Shown one piece after another: positions 39,201-52,198 of a stretch of DNA of 64,000 bases. Every line of letters begins with the position of its first letter. The first letter of the stretch is position 1. The notes under the pieces were generated by a model, which made no database searches, was not told the origin of the DNA, and was given only the letters and a program-made list of their open reading frames with translations. This DNA is from Mizuhopecten yessoensis. Its lineage: Eukaryota. The stretch is taken from the NCBI RefSeq assembly GCF_002113885.1, contig NW_018406415.1, positions 1,645,038 to 1,709,037 of the forward strand, in the 5' to 3' direction. A program made the translations under genes and the position numbers.

Positions 39201-41649
39201 AGTCGTATACGTTTGTAACAGAGTCCTACGGATCGGGAATGGTCCGGAGAGTTCGGCCAAGCACTCCCGACAGTTTTTAGGTGCGTCCCGTAACATTCGG
39301 GAAACTCAGCCGATTTTGTCTAGTCGGATTACAATCGTGCCTATGTCATGACGGATTTTGCTGTATCGGATCAAAATCGTAACACTATCTTGTGTTGTCT
39401 GGACGGTGTCTTGACGGTGTCCTGTGGGTCGGGACGCTGTCGTGATGAACGGGCAAGATTTGGAGACATTTTTTATTGACGTTTCTTGCCGATTAAGTCC
39501 AGATTGCGTCCAGATCTTGCCGAATGTGTCGGTTCACTGTCCGGTCTCTGTCGGATCGCGTTTCGGGAGAATCGAGACGCTGTCGGGACAGATTCGGTCG
39601 TTTTTAACCATGCGGAAGATACAAATCGGATCAGATTCGGATTGAGAACGGGAGAATCGGGACGAATTCGTCTGGAAACGGCTGAATCGGGACGCTTCCT
39701 GAACAATATCTGATTGTTGTCGTGCTTAAATAGATGTTTTCACAAATTTGTGAATTTCCCGCCACGAATCACAGGATCTTGATCAGACTTTTGACAATTT
39801 TTAATCGGAAATGGTCCTATCAAGGACTGCAGTAAAAATCCTGAATGTGTGACTGAGGCTTTAATGAATGGCCCCAGTTTTATCATTTTTGAGTTCAAAT
39901 TTGAGTTTTGTTGACACTTCAGTAATTTCTTGCTTGTTTGTTTTTTGCAGTCCCTTAGTCCTTTGGTAGAATCCATCTGTTCTCTATGTTCAGACACAAC
40001 TGTTGTGTTATGCTGTTATGAGCAGAGAACTACAGGAAATAAACCTGAACTGGAGCGCAAGTTTTTAGAGGTAATTATAGATAGGTTCACTGACTCACTA
40101 AACCACTTAACAGAATTGTCAAAATAAACCAGGACAATTAGCCCAATGACTCAATAAGCAGGGCATTTAGCTCAGATTCAATAAACCAGGGCTTAAAGCT
40201 CACACTCTCCTTAAGCTGACATGGCATGATTAATAAACACAATGTTAGCAAAACTTTTTCAACTTATTCAGTCGTTGAGAAAGAATCAACGCTGTTAATT
40301 TGATTACCGTCGTTTCCATTGTATGTCTTAATATTTATACAAAGGATGGGTGTCATATTCAGCTGTTATGACTCCTCATTGATATGCATTTATTTTTGCA
40401 TGTTAATTGCTATATTTGAATAAAAGAAATCGGTGTGACCCCTTTGGATATATTTGGCGTCAAAGTGTGTGTATCGGTGTTTATCACATACCTGTTGAAT
40501 CTTGTTAAAGTAATACAAGCAATTTTCAGACCATGAAATACAATGTTCTGTATTGCACATGTGCAATACGAAATGTTGTATTTATCTACTAGCCGGAACT
40601 ACATTTTATGGGAATCCTCTTGTCATGGCGAACTGAAAAGTTCCCGGTATTTGCAAAAAATATCAAAATTTATAAAATCTTTGTATCGATCTCTACCAAA
40701 TACGGAAAGTATGTGATAAAAACTCATTTATTGCGCGGACGTATATATTCACTCGTTGCGCTCCGCGCACTCGTGAATGTATTCGTCCGCGCAATAAACT
40801 CTGATTCGTTAGAAAAACACAAGTGTGTGGTCTTGCATATGTATATATATCCCTTCTGGGAGTTAACAGGTTTTATGTTCAAAATGAGGGTTCACTTTGA
40901 GTGGAATTAAAAGCAATTAATTCTTGTTTTGATTTTTTTTTTTTTTATGTTATATTGTGAAAACATATCTGAATAATTGATTTTGACTAAAATAATGATT
41001 TGAATGGATACCGTGAAAAATCGTGTAATTTGCGCACTTTGTTTTTGAGAAATTTAATGCCCAAAGAAGGGGGTGCGCAGAATACATAAGTGTAAGCAAT
41101 TTCAAGTTTTTGTCATGAAAAGATCTACGATTCTGGTAGACCGCCATCTTGGACACGAGATTATCTCCCTTGGTACACGGTATTGAATTTCTTGGAACAT
41201 ATGACATTTTACTGCCCCTCTGTTGACCTCCAATACCTCGAAAAGAGTACCAATTGAATGGATTTTATTACAATATTCTTTATGTAGGCCAGACCTACAG
41301 GCATCTTCTTGCAAAAATAAAAATTCTTATCTGTAATCAGCGGCTGTAAAATTTTCAATTATGGCACCCATCCTTTGATAAAATATCAATTAATATTTTC
41401 AACTTTCAAACAACAATCAACCAATTTTGAAAAGCATAATATTGCGTAGGTTGTTAGTAACTGAAATAAATCTCGAATACTTGGAAATGAGCAGTTGAAT
41501 TATTTTAGATTTTCTGATATTTGTTGCAGCTGATGTTGGAAACATTTAACGTTGAAGATATCCCCTTAGAGAGACAGGATTCTCACTTCCGCAGTGCCGA
41601 CATCCTTATCAAACGGTTCTGGAGAAAGACATGTACAGAAGTTGGATGA
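36283..41649 (+). CDS. VCPKMT: Protein-lysine N-methyltransferase METTL21D / VCP lysine methyltransferase; 4 exons, about 218 aa
   Basis: Exons 36283-36521, 38747-38924, 39951-40070, 41530-41649. GDVGCVVWDAALV, motif I VVELGAGTG, ITDL, LQWGE, LLADCIYYE, CCYEQRTTGNKPELERKF, IPLERQDSHFRSADI. Confidence 0.93.
36654..37467. mobile_element. MITE with tandem-repeat TIRs and 8-bp TSD (Mutator/foldback-like)
   Basis: Repeated GTCGTTTCGGTAAC / GTTTCGGGA motifs on the left, inverted (TCCCGAAAC, GTTACCGAAACGAC) on the right. TTTTTTCT is duplicated at 36646-36653 and 37468-37475. Confidence 0.75.
37934..38123. mobile_element. Palindromic TA-flanked MITE (Tc1/mariner-type)
   Basis: TATTCCGTCTTTGCGTATTGCAGAGTTATCTTCTC ... 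GAGAAGATAACTCTGCAATACGCAAAGACGGAATA; second copy at 52009-52198. Confidence 0.85.
39077..39861. mobile_element. GC-rich non-autonomous DNA transposon (Harbinger-like ends)
   Basis: Ends GCGGCGCTCACACA / TGTGTGACTGAGGC; CpG-rich interior with many short TCGG/CGAT motifs, unlike the surrounding intron. Confidence 0.5.
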
Positions 41650-42174
41650 ATATGTATTTTAATATAATTGATTTTTGTGAGAATTTATTGTATATACATC
41701 TATATTTAATGTTAAGTTTAAACAATAAATTATTTTACCAAAATTGATTTGAAATATTTTTTTTATGTTATTCATTGTATCATAGCCAGAGCCTATAAAG
41801 TTGGTTAAAGCGGCAATATATTTTTGTTTCCTAGAAAATGCCTTTAAAATTCAGATAGCGAGATAATGGCTTACCGCCATGTTTCTGTATATAGTTTTAT
41901 ACAAATACAAGAATTCCATGGAGGTAGATGTGTCGTCTGCCCATGCTGGCGGCCATGTTGAAAATCAGACATGACCGGGTATATATACGTAGTTGATGCT
42001 CGGTCTATATGTATGTGCAGAAGGTTTCATGACAACCACAGGTACTAGCCTCGTCTGCCAGTACACCCATACTATAATTTTATGTTATGGATGTATTGAC
42101 AGACGAGGCTAGTACGTGTTCCTTCGAAAAGTACCACACGGAAACCCTTTGTGCATCCTCTATACCCCTGGTGT

Positions 42175-42462
42175 TGCGCTCACACTCGCTCTTTGCACCC
42201 CTGGAATATGTCATAGCAAAATTGAAGGCTACTATTGATTAGTCTCGGGTAAAAACCCTGACAGAACACCTAAGGCTGATACCTGTCCTTTGAAGATTAC
42301 AGAGGAGCGACACCCAACTTCAAAGTATGTCAATTTTACCACTCCGCGATCGTTAGACACCAAATATTCAACGTCTCATCCCAAAGGTTTGGCATACGGA
42401 TCAGAGAGCCTTCGATTTTGCTACGAAATATTCCAGGGGTGCAGAGAGCAAAAGTGAGCGTT
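42175..42462. mobile_element. MITE with about 55-bp inverted termini
   Basis: CGCTCAC..CTCTTTGCACCCCTGGAATATGTCATAGCAAAATTGAAGGCT versus AGCCTTCGATTTTGCTACGAAATATTCCAGGGGTGCAGAGAGC..GTGAGCG. Partial relatives at about 42850-43020 and (inverted) 53020-53160. Confidence 0.7.
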
Positions 42463-43248
42463 ATTACGATATATATATATACCTACTTTACAACACAACC
42501 AATATACATGTTAGCATCTGTGTGATACTGGAAGACCTCGATTCCGAGAGTAACTCCGGGGTTGGAGGAGTGCGATTAGGATTTAAGTTGTTGAGAATAT
42601 AGAGCTCTAAAGATTTTGATGTCAGGTGTTTTGACTAGATTTCAGGAAGGTTGTTCCAATCAGCGGTGGTTCCCGAACAAACTGAGTTCTTGAAAATATT
42701 GATGTACACTTTTCATTGCTTTTTTATTTGGTCTTATTATTTGTTGCAGTCAAGAGTGACCTACAGGTATAGCCACAAGCCCCATTCACAATTTTATGGG
42801 AAAGTCGATGGTCTCGTAATCCTGAAAATTCCAGGGGTTACGCTTACTACGTTCTCTGTACCCCTGGAATGGCCTTTGTCATGACAAAAACGATGGCACC
42901 CGGTTAGCAATTTGATTAGATTCAAGCAAATTATCAGCCTGACCCGTCGTTTGGCTGATTACTGTCCTTCGAAGATTACAAGTGATCAACACCTGGTATC
43001 AAAGCCAGTCAACTTTACCGTTACACTACATCGTGATTCCTTTATCTTCACCAAAGACATCAGACTAGTTTACTCGAATCATCCTTGAATTTCATGGATA
43101 GTTCAGCTTAATCCGAAGAAGAATTAATTATACTGGCAACATGGTAAATTTGAATTTGTTGTCAGACTGTCGATATTACAATGGGAACTAACAGTGTATT
43201 ATTTTAGCATAACTTTGTACAAATAACATCGAAGAGTTATTATTGGGT

Positions 43249-43445
43249 TAGTCGGGCATGATGCCTGGAGGAGTGAAGCGGTTCCTAGGAGGAGCAATAC
43301 TTGAAGTGGACCCGTCATTTATATTGTCGAGTTACAGTGGTCAGGTAATCAACCATTGGTGGGTGCATATGTTCTGATGTACAAGTAATATAAAAGTTAG
43401 ATTTGACTAGATAAGCGATCTACTTATTGGCTGTAATGACATATC
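43249..43445 (-). pseudogene. Truncated duplicate of the ApoD-like exon 1 and its upstream region
   Basis: ATG at 43318 reads MTGPLQVLLLLGTASLLQASCPT, identical to the ApoD-like start at 51164. Similarity then stops before the splice donor. Confidence 0.85.
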
Positions 43446-43487
43446 GATATCATATAATTAAAAGGTCGTTAATAACACTAGAAACAC

Positions 43488-44400
43488 ATTAGCTGTCCCA
43501 AAATGCAATGCTAGATTGTGCCGTGTCGCGGTGTCCGTCGCCCGTCCATCATCTTTTCCCACTACTCCTGAATGGTAAATGGCTTTGGCTGATTTTGGAC
43601 TGAAGCAATGATTGGCCGACGGAACTCAATTTTGTATGAATGGAGGGTGTGGTCTCTCCGGGGCCAGAAAGGCGGGGCTAGTAGAAGCAACAGAACTCAA
43701 GACCCTTTTTCGTCAGTAGGAATAAAGAAATTTTATCAGAATTTGTTCTGGAGCAAACTTTTGACAAGGTTAATCAATTTTGTATAAGTGGAAGGTCCCG
43801 ACCCGCTACCCATTGACGAGGGCAGAGGGATGGGGCCAAATAGCGGAAATAGTGGTAAACCGGGTAAATCCGTATCATGGAAGAATGAAGAAAATTTGTC
43901 TTAATTTGCTCTGAGCAACTTTAGCAACGGGTGTCGCCCCTTAAGGGGCGAGAGGCGGGGCCAAATAGCAGAAATAGTAGTAAACCTTTGAAATCCTTCT
44001 CCTGTAGGATTACAGGGGTTGTGTCAAATTTTCTCCAGGAACAATCTTATCACAGTGGGACTTATTTTTATAAACGAAGTGTGTAGCCTTCCTTGAGGGT
44101 GAGGGGCGAGGCCAAATAAGAAATAAAGTTAACCTATTTAATCCTTCTTCTTCTGTAAGATTAAAGGGGTATTGCGCAATTTCGTTCAGGAACAACTTTA
44201 GGGCAAAGGGACTTCATGGGCTTTTTAAAAACGAAGTGTGTGGCTTCTCTAGGTGTTGAGGGACGAGACCGCATAGAGGTTAACCTCTTAAGTCTTTCTT
44301 TTTCTGTGGGAAGAAAGGGATTTGTCAAATTTTGCTCTTGGGCTCTGGGGACAGAAGAGAGAATGAGGGAAATTTGATCATAACTTCAAAACGATTTCCC
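43488..44400. mobile_element. Helentron/HINE-type non-autonomous element with internal tandem subrepeats (degenerate)
   Basis: TTAGCT start, GTCCGTC microsatellite seed, and repeated modules GGGGCCAAATAG..AAAT..TAAACC..AAATCCTTCT..GTCAAATTT. Confidence 0.5.
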
Positions 44401-46571
44401 ATCTTATAACCATTTATACCTCTGGTCGACATGATTAGACAAATGTATATATATATATTAGTGCAACCACAATTTGCCATGGGGCGAGTGTGCACTGGTA
44501 GGGATATTGATCATAACTTGAAAACATTTAAAATCCTTACCCTGAAACAAATTATAGCTATATCGGACATTGTCAGAAAACAACATCCATGTTTCTAGGA
44601 TTTGGTCCATTCGCATCATGCCTTCAGGGCTGATTCTGTTAGCATGTGTGTGTTTCTTTGATCTAATTATGGTCAAGGTGGAGATCATCAACCCAACCGT
44701 ACATACAATTGCTGGACATAAACACATTTAATCAAAACTACTTGACTTTCTCTTCAATTTTCATTAACACTTATAGATCCATCACTTTTGTGCAATAAAC
44801 AGTAATGAAAAACTGCCTACGGAAACAGTCCCGGATTCCTTGTGTATGCCAGGGAACTTAAAAAGCAATTACAATGAGAATAGATTTATTCTATTTAAAA
44901 TTAAATATCATTCCCCAACCTACATACGACACATTAATTTTTTACAACTTCATGTAGGTTGTCAAGTTAGAAATACCCGTAAATATACCTGTAATAAAAA
45001 ATTTACGTGTTACTTTTTGTTCAAAGTATTGTCAGCTTGAATACGTTAAAAACGCTGTATACCTGCAATTTTTTTTATCAAATATTCTAATGAAAAGTAA
45101 ACCTTCATGTCTTCTTTATAACACTAATCGTATGGAGATGGGAAACATAACAATATTTTTATAACCGGTAAAAATTGAGATGCAAAGCTGTTAAGTGAAC
45201 AACTCATTAAGTTGATCACATTTTGTACAACTACTCGGCAGGTACTTGGAGTAGAGTTATATCGACGACACGGCCTGCGGGGCGCACCTGGAGTGGGGTT
45301 ATATCGAGGACATCTCCCTAGTGCCCGAAGAGAGAACCACTATGAAGTGTTAAGATCTAACATAATAAAAAATGTATGTTTTGAATTTCAAACTGATAAT
45401 ATCACCATTGAAAATGACCCTGAACTAAAATAGAATAAACATGCACATACGATTTTTTTTGCAAAATGACTGGTAAAGATAATCGTACGATCAGTGTATA
45501 AATATAGCTGTTGCTATCTAGGGCGTTACATATGTACCCGAGGGTTTAACGTTGGAGTTTGTTTTACCCGAGATGCTTCAATCTAAATCTGAAATATTGA
45601 CCACCTGCTTTCAAACTACGAGAAATAAATAGCTATCCGTATTGAGTACCCGTTCACTTCGTTAGTCTACGTGTCTTAGATTGTTGATCATCTCGATACT
45701 TCCGCTAGAGGATCATGGATGTCACAATTACCGATACCACATTCGATGTAGAGAATGTTTTTATATACCCTACCGAAGTCCCTTTTGTCGTCTCCTCTGT
45801 GTGTAGACTCACGGTGTCTATGAATATCATTTTTATCTCTCACGATTTCTAGTTGTCTGCTCGTATCGAATTTTAAAAGTTTGGATGACATTATTCGTTG
45901 ACGATGTGTTATAACTTTTGATTTTATTTATCAGACTGAAGTGAAACTCTCGAGACATATCACTATTTGTCAACATCTAAAGTACAGGGACCGCACTCTC
46001 TAACGATCCCTAAACGCACGAAAGAATATATTGTTTGTTCACCTCCACTCAGATTACAATTTAGATTTGTTTACAAATTCTAGATTGAAGCATATGCACT
46101 GTTAAACAGTAATGTAGATTCTACATTATTTGCAATATTTGAAGCTACCTACATGTATCTTCTTTAAATTTTAATGTACACACACAGCACAAACTATTTC
46201 GAATGAACTCTTGCTATAGGTCTGTGATCTTGAAAATATATTTGATTTCAATTCAGTGCTAGTATAAACGACGTATCATGTGAATTTGTATTTTAATATG
46301 TCAACCTCATGTCAAATACATAAAAGAACATTTCCGTTTCATTTCTAATTACAGATTTGTTGTTGGGAAATGTTTTGTCATCATGCTGACATATGGTATT
46401 GAAAAGACGTTAATACGATCATGAATTCGCAAATCATAAAATAACAACCGATACGATGCTTTACTATATCTATATTTGTGTATATTTCCAAAGGGAAATA
46501 CACAGAAGTGATCTACAGTGACATTTGTAGGAATAATTGAACTTCAACGCCGTGGGATGTAAACCACGTGA

Positions 46572-49233
46572 TTATGCGTCACATCCGGTCTGGTCGGACT
46601 CGATGAACTGAGTAGTGTCGATCCCCAGACTTGATAATCGGCTGTACAACTTTGACCTCTGGCGGCGGGTCACACCATTTCTCTCTCTGGACATAATCCA
46701 AGCCAGTTCTGAAATAGTAAACATGTTATGATAATACAACATAGATATATCCCGCACTAAACAACAGAATTAGTACATTGAATTTGGATTTGTCAACTAC
46801 ATCATGTAATGCAGAAGTTTTGAACAGGTGGTGATGTGTCGATTTTGATAAAAAAAAACATCAGGAAAATTGTAAAATGTCAATATTGCGTTTAAAAGTA
46901 GCTATTTGTAATGGAACTTCATTTAATACAAAATTGGAAAACAATGTATCACATCGTTAAGTCGATACACCACAACAACCAACGACAACAATGCAAATCA
47001 CTAACGTTAAATGAATAACGACAACAGGTATTAAACGGACACAAACAAGAAACAGAAAGAAATGAAGCATCCTCAGCTCTTCAAACTAGAGGAGAGACCA
47101 GTTACTCCGGAAGTGTAAACGTTTCATGCACTACATATGACATCCGTCATTATTTCTGTCGTAAGAATCAAAGAAAGTCTATAGGTCACCAACGATCTAA
47201 GATACGACTAACAATTCCTGGTATGATGTAAAATACTGTAGTCCCTTTACCTGGAACAGTTCATGCTGACAACCCTACAATTCATTAATGTGCATTTAAT
47301 CGTTTCAGGTGGAAAACCCTGTACATATTGTTTATTGATCAACTGGATATGATTTATCTATTATACAATACATAGAACTGGCTCTGTATAAGCGGATTGA
47401 CTGTGACATGTAAATTAAGTACGCACCGGAGGCCGGAATGTAACTGCTGAGGAAAGGAAAGCTAACTATCGCGAAATAGATGTCATCATTTGTCACAAAG
47501 TTTAGTGAGTTGCCAAATATGTAAATGTCTGTCGTAATTGTCTTGGAATGTGGTGTTATTATTATGTATGTGTAGTTAGTTTTAAATTTGTGTTATCATT
47601 TTGTAAGTGTTCATTTTATAGTCTAAACATATGCCATTATCGTCTTTTGTGTGTCATATTGTCCAAATACATATATGTATATGTTGGGCTAGGTAAAAAG
47701 ATGCCGCTCACTGGGATACTTATGTATTTTGATGATGGGATGTACTAACTGGTAATTTGTGTAAATACGATATTGAAGTTTTCTTCTATCATCAGTATTT
47801 CACAGTTAAATCGCAAACATATTTTTTCTTTGGTGTCTGTAAATATATATCTACGGAGTTTATAGTTCATGGTATGAGTATTTTCTGTGTAATTAATTAC
47901 GCGCTATCTTTGGTGACTGCGAAGATAGCGATGTTAAATCCTCCGCAAATATTACCAGCTGTACAGTAGTATAATTTCACATGGAATGGCAAATTAAGGC
48001 AGCAACAACGATATTTGTTCATTCAGTGTAAATTATTTCAATGAGCCTCAGTGCATTATAATTTTGTCTGGGTACTTACCAACGTGCGTGAATCCATATA
48101 CGTCAGAACACGAGTACACGATGGAGTAGTTGTCATAGTCTGTGTCTATGACGTAGTAGTTCCCTGATGGTAGCCCTGGTAACAAAGAAACATCAATATT
48201 ACTGTATAGAGGGTTACATTCGCTGACGTTTAATTTCACCCGTTTTTGCCCTGTGTAATGAGAGTGAATTTATCATTACAGCGAATATAAGTAAACATCA
48301 TGACATACATAGTTATCAAATGGGAAGGGCGAGATTAAACTAAGCGAAAATTGTACCCATGGGCGAAGGGCGAAAGTTTGCCTGAGCGAAAATTTCCCGG
48401 TTTATATATCCAGGATATTATATATATGTGAGTTTGAGATATCCACTCTTTATAATGATAAAGACGTAATGGTTCAGGAATACTTAGTCTGCTATCTTAG
48501 TCAGTGGTATTACAATGCATTCGTTCTTTCAATTACTTGAATTAGTTTGATAACCGTCTTTAAAATCAAACAAGCATTTAAAGTTTTGAATACTTGTTGG
48601 AAAGATTCTGTTACAGTAATAGAAGAAAGCATTCGCTCACTATTTGTATTCTGATATTATAATCTGCCGCGGCATGTCTTTTCAAAACATCAGGGCCCGT
48701 ATCCCATGAAACTGTTCTCATGCTCAAGCATGAATTTTGTGCTTAAGCCTAATTTCTTGTTTCGTTAAAAAATTAATAATGAAATCTTATTTTGTCAATG
48801 ATATGGAAAGAAATTGAAGAGATTTAAAGCCAAATGCTGTTTTCAATGTTTACATTTAACCTTTTGATCGTTTGGCATAATTTAAGCAAGTTACAAGAAA
48901 GTTGGTTGGAGCACAAAATCCATGCTTGAGCTTGAGAACAGTTTCATGTATACGAGCTCTGATGAATCGATCTGACAAACGTAACTGTAGGAAAGACGGA
49001 TCTCGTTGCAGAGTCGTGTTTCTGGTCTTCCTCGATACAAAAGGCACTAGTGAAACGAACATACCAGAAGGAATCGAATTTACAAGGAGATGGCAACAGA
49101 GGCACGGGAAGTGATGAACATTAGAAAAGCAGAGTGTTTTGAATAGTGGACAGTGTTACTGGTGCCGTCTGTGTCGGAGAAGATCACTACCACGATCTCA
49201 AATTAAAGATCTTCAAGCCTCCCCCCCCCCCCC

Positions 49234-49284
<51 letters not shown>

Positions 49285-51164
49285 TCTCTCTCTGTCAGTA
49301 AAACTGAACTTAATTCAAAATATTAATTAATTTAAAAATTGCCATCTTGTATGTATATATTTCATTATGTTATAGGGAAAGGGCTTTACATAAGTTGGAC
49401 AACTTGTGCCCAATCCTTTTTGTATATTAGATGCAAATAAAAATATGTTTAAATCAAAATCGGCATGATAGAAATATGTTTGCTGATTTCAATAAAATTA
49501 GGCAGATTTTAGGCTATTTTCGTTATGTCCCTGTGACGATTTACGTTTTTTTGTGATAAAGGCTTTTGTGATAAAGTTGTATCATTTCTGAAATGTTTTA
49601 GTTTTTGTTAATAAAATTATGAAATATTAGGCAACTTCCTAGTGGTACATGGAAGACGTATATAGTGGTATTATCCTATATATGTCGTTGACCTGGACCT
49701 TAGGTGTTAGGATTATGAATCCGGACTTTACCGGCCGCGTGTCCTTCATCACATGGCAAACAATGTGCTATGGTCTGTATTTGATTACGGCGTTGACCAA
49801 TGAAATAAACTTAGAAAATAAAGTCTTCTGTTTTAGTCCAGATCCCGACAGCGGTGCGTTGTGAGTATATTAGTGACAATGTTTGAGTTATAAATATTAT
49901 TTTAAAAGTATTCAAACTGCCATTTCAGTAGTGACAAGTCGTATTATCTATTCTGTTGCAAATATACGGAGTCTGATCCATACATTTGTTTTCCGCATTT
50001 GTATAAATAAGCACACAAAACTAAGCATTTAAAAACACCATTGTAATATATACGTAAACCAGAATAAACTTTACTTTTGTTAAAAAAAACAAAGACTCCA
50101 GCATTGGAGGCGACTTACATCCTGCAAACGAGGCTCTGAACTGGCCGGGGTGCACATCATCAAAAAGGTCAAGGGTGCCCTCCGTCGTTCTGTTCGATCC
50201 CGTCCTACAGTATTATCAACATAAACAATAACAATAGTAATGCTTTCATTTATAGGCTTTTCTTTTTAATTAAAGGAAGTCTTTGTGTGCAATGTTACAT
50301 GTTCACAATCAACATGCTACTTTGAGAAGGAAGACAATACAGTAGAATTCAATGTGTTGCTTTTATTTGTGCTTTCAGCATGTGCCTTTCGTGTTGTCAA
50401 TGCCATTGACGCGTCCATCTCACCATGAAGTAGTGTACGTGTTGGACACGTGTGTTTACTTACCATGTACCTATCCTGTTGTAAAGGACAGTATAACTGC
50501 CATCCTCACGTGTAATGTACGTGTCCGACACACATCTTGTGTACCATTCGAATGGATTGTCGAACCTTTCCGACTCGTACCAAGTGCCCGCATACTGTCA
50601 ATACATGTCAAAAATCTGAGGTGCATATGATTATTGACGAAATTGAAAAAAGAGAAACTGCAGTTAAATAAACTTCGTTTCTGAAGGTTCTTAAGAAACA
50701 GAGACGTGCAGATCATTTAGTTTGGTGTCCATACCATTGTTCTTGCAGTTTTCTTTGTAAAAAGCTGAGTGTAATTTTGTTAATGTTGAAGATGTTGTGG
50801 ATGGGATGAACCAAAAGGACCGTAGAAAAACTGGTCTTTACAGTAATTTTACAAGTTTTAGTGGTTTTGATCAGTTTTTGGTAAAAACGTCACCCCAACG
50901 ATGTTCATAAGAGTATACTGGTACATATGTACCATCGCTGGAGGTGGTCTTTTTTTTCGTAAAATGATCATGACCAATTAAACATGTGAAATTACTCCAA
51001 ACACCTCAGTTTAGGTCCAAACAAAGCTATAACAAATTCTCAGGTCACTGATCATGACTTACCCGGTTAATGTCGAAGTCGGCTATTATAGGGATAGTCG
51101 GGCATGATGCCTGGAGGAGAGAAGCGGTTCCTAGGAGGAGCAATACTTGAAGTGGACCCGTCAT
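46572..51164 (-). CDS. Apolipoprotein D-like secreted lipocalin; 5 exons, about 183 aa
   Basis: Exons 51164-51063, 50594-50464, 50204-50119, 48175-48080, 46708-46572; phases consistent. Signal peptide, CPTIPIIADFDINRYAGTWYE (SCR1), RCVSDTY, YYVIDTDYDNYSIVYSC (SCR2), AWIMSR (SCR3), C-terminal DQTGC. Confidence 0.92.
48694..48958. mobile_element. Harbinger-type MITE (family of 18584-18776) nested in an older repeat
   Basis: GGCCCGTATCCCATGAAACTGTTCTCATGCTCAAGCATG ... CATGCTTGAGCTTGAGAACAGTTTCATGTATACGAGCT, flanked by CAG/CTG. Confidence 0.75.
49221..49293. repeat. (C)n-(CT)n microsatellite
   Basis: Poly-C run followed by CT dinucleotide repeats. Confidence 0.95.
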
Positions 51165-52008
51165 GTTCACAGTCGAGTTACAGTGGTCAGTTTATCATAC
51201 AATGGGTGCATGTGTACTGATGTATAAGTAATCTACGAGATAAATTTGACTAGATAAGTTATCTGATAGCAATCTCTTTATTGACTTTAATGTTACATAT
51301 TTACGGTTGCTATTTACGTATGGTCATCATCATATACTGTTGATGGTATGGTAATGTTACTCACGGGTACCCTGGGACAGGGATCCCGTATTTTTATCAT
51401 TTTATTTGCATTTTAACGTGTCCAAGAATCTACCAATATATACATAACAACAATAACATCACTAAACAAATGCCGTTCGAAACAAATACGGGGTGTTTTT
51501 TCCCGAACTGCTGTTTGAAGTGAATTCATTGTAATGCCAAATAAAATAATAGAAATAAAACAAGAGATTACGACGCAATGTACCTGTGATGCAATTATTA
51601 TACAGTAACTATCAATGGCGTTGGATATGATATAGCATAACGTTTTTTACTGTTTGATTGAATATTGCACTCGTCAAGTTTGCATGTACTTGCTTGAGAT
51701 GTAGAAGGCATGCAATATACTGTTTGCTATATTCGTGAATGGTTTATCCAGCGTCGAACAAACGCTTTCATCAGTTTTCGAGTGTAGTTGTCTTAATGTC
51801 ATTGGTCATTATACAATGTATTCATGTTGTATTTTATGTGATGTCCGACTGCAGTGATTCCCCTTATGCTGTTCTGTATATATAACTATGTGATAACAGA
51901 TAAAGAGCTGACTTGTATGGTTTTCATCAATTAATTATTACTATTTTGTGCCTCCTCCGTTTCTAACATATAACTGGCCAACACGTGGTCCCAATCCTCT
52001 TTCATTTC

Positions 52009-52198
52009 TATTCCGTCTTTGCGTATTGCAGAGTTATCTTCTCATGTGAGCAGGTTTTGATTGTTACGTCATTGGTTTGTGTGAGAAAATAACGTCGTTT
52101 TCTCAAAAATTGATGACGTTAATCTCACAAACAAATGACGTAACAATCAATACCTGTTCACAAGAGAAGATAACTCTGCAAAACGCAAAGACGGAATA
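52009..52198. mobile_element. Palindromic TA-flanked MITE, second copy
   Basis: Closely similar to 37934-38123. Confidence 0.85.
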
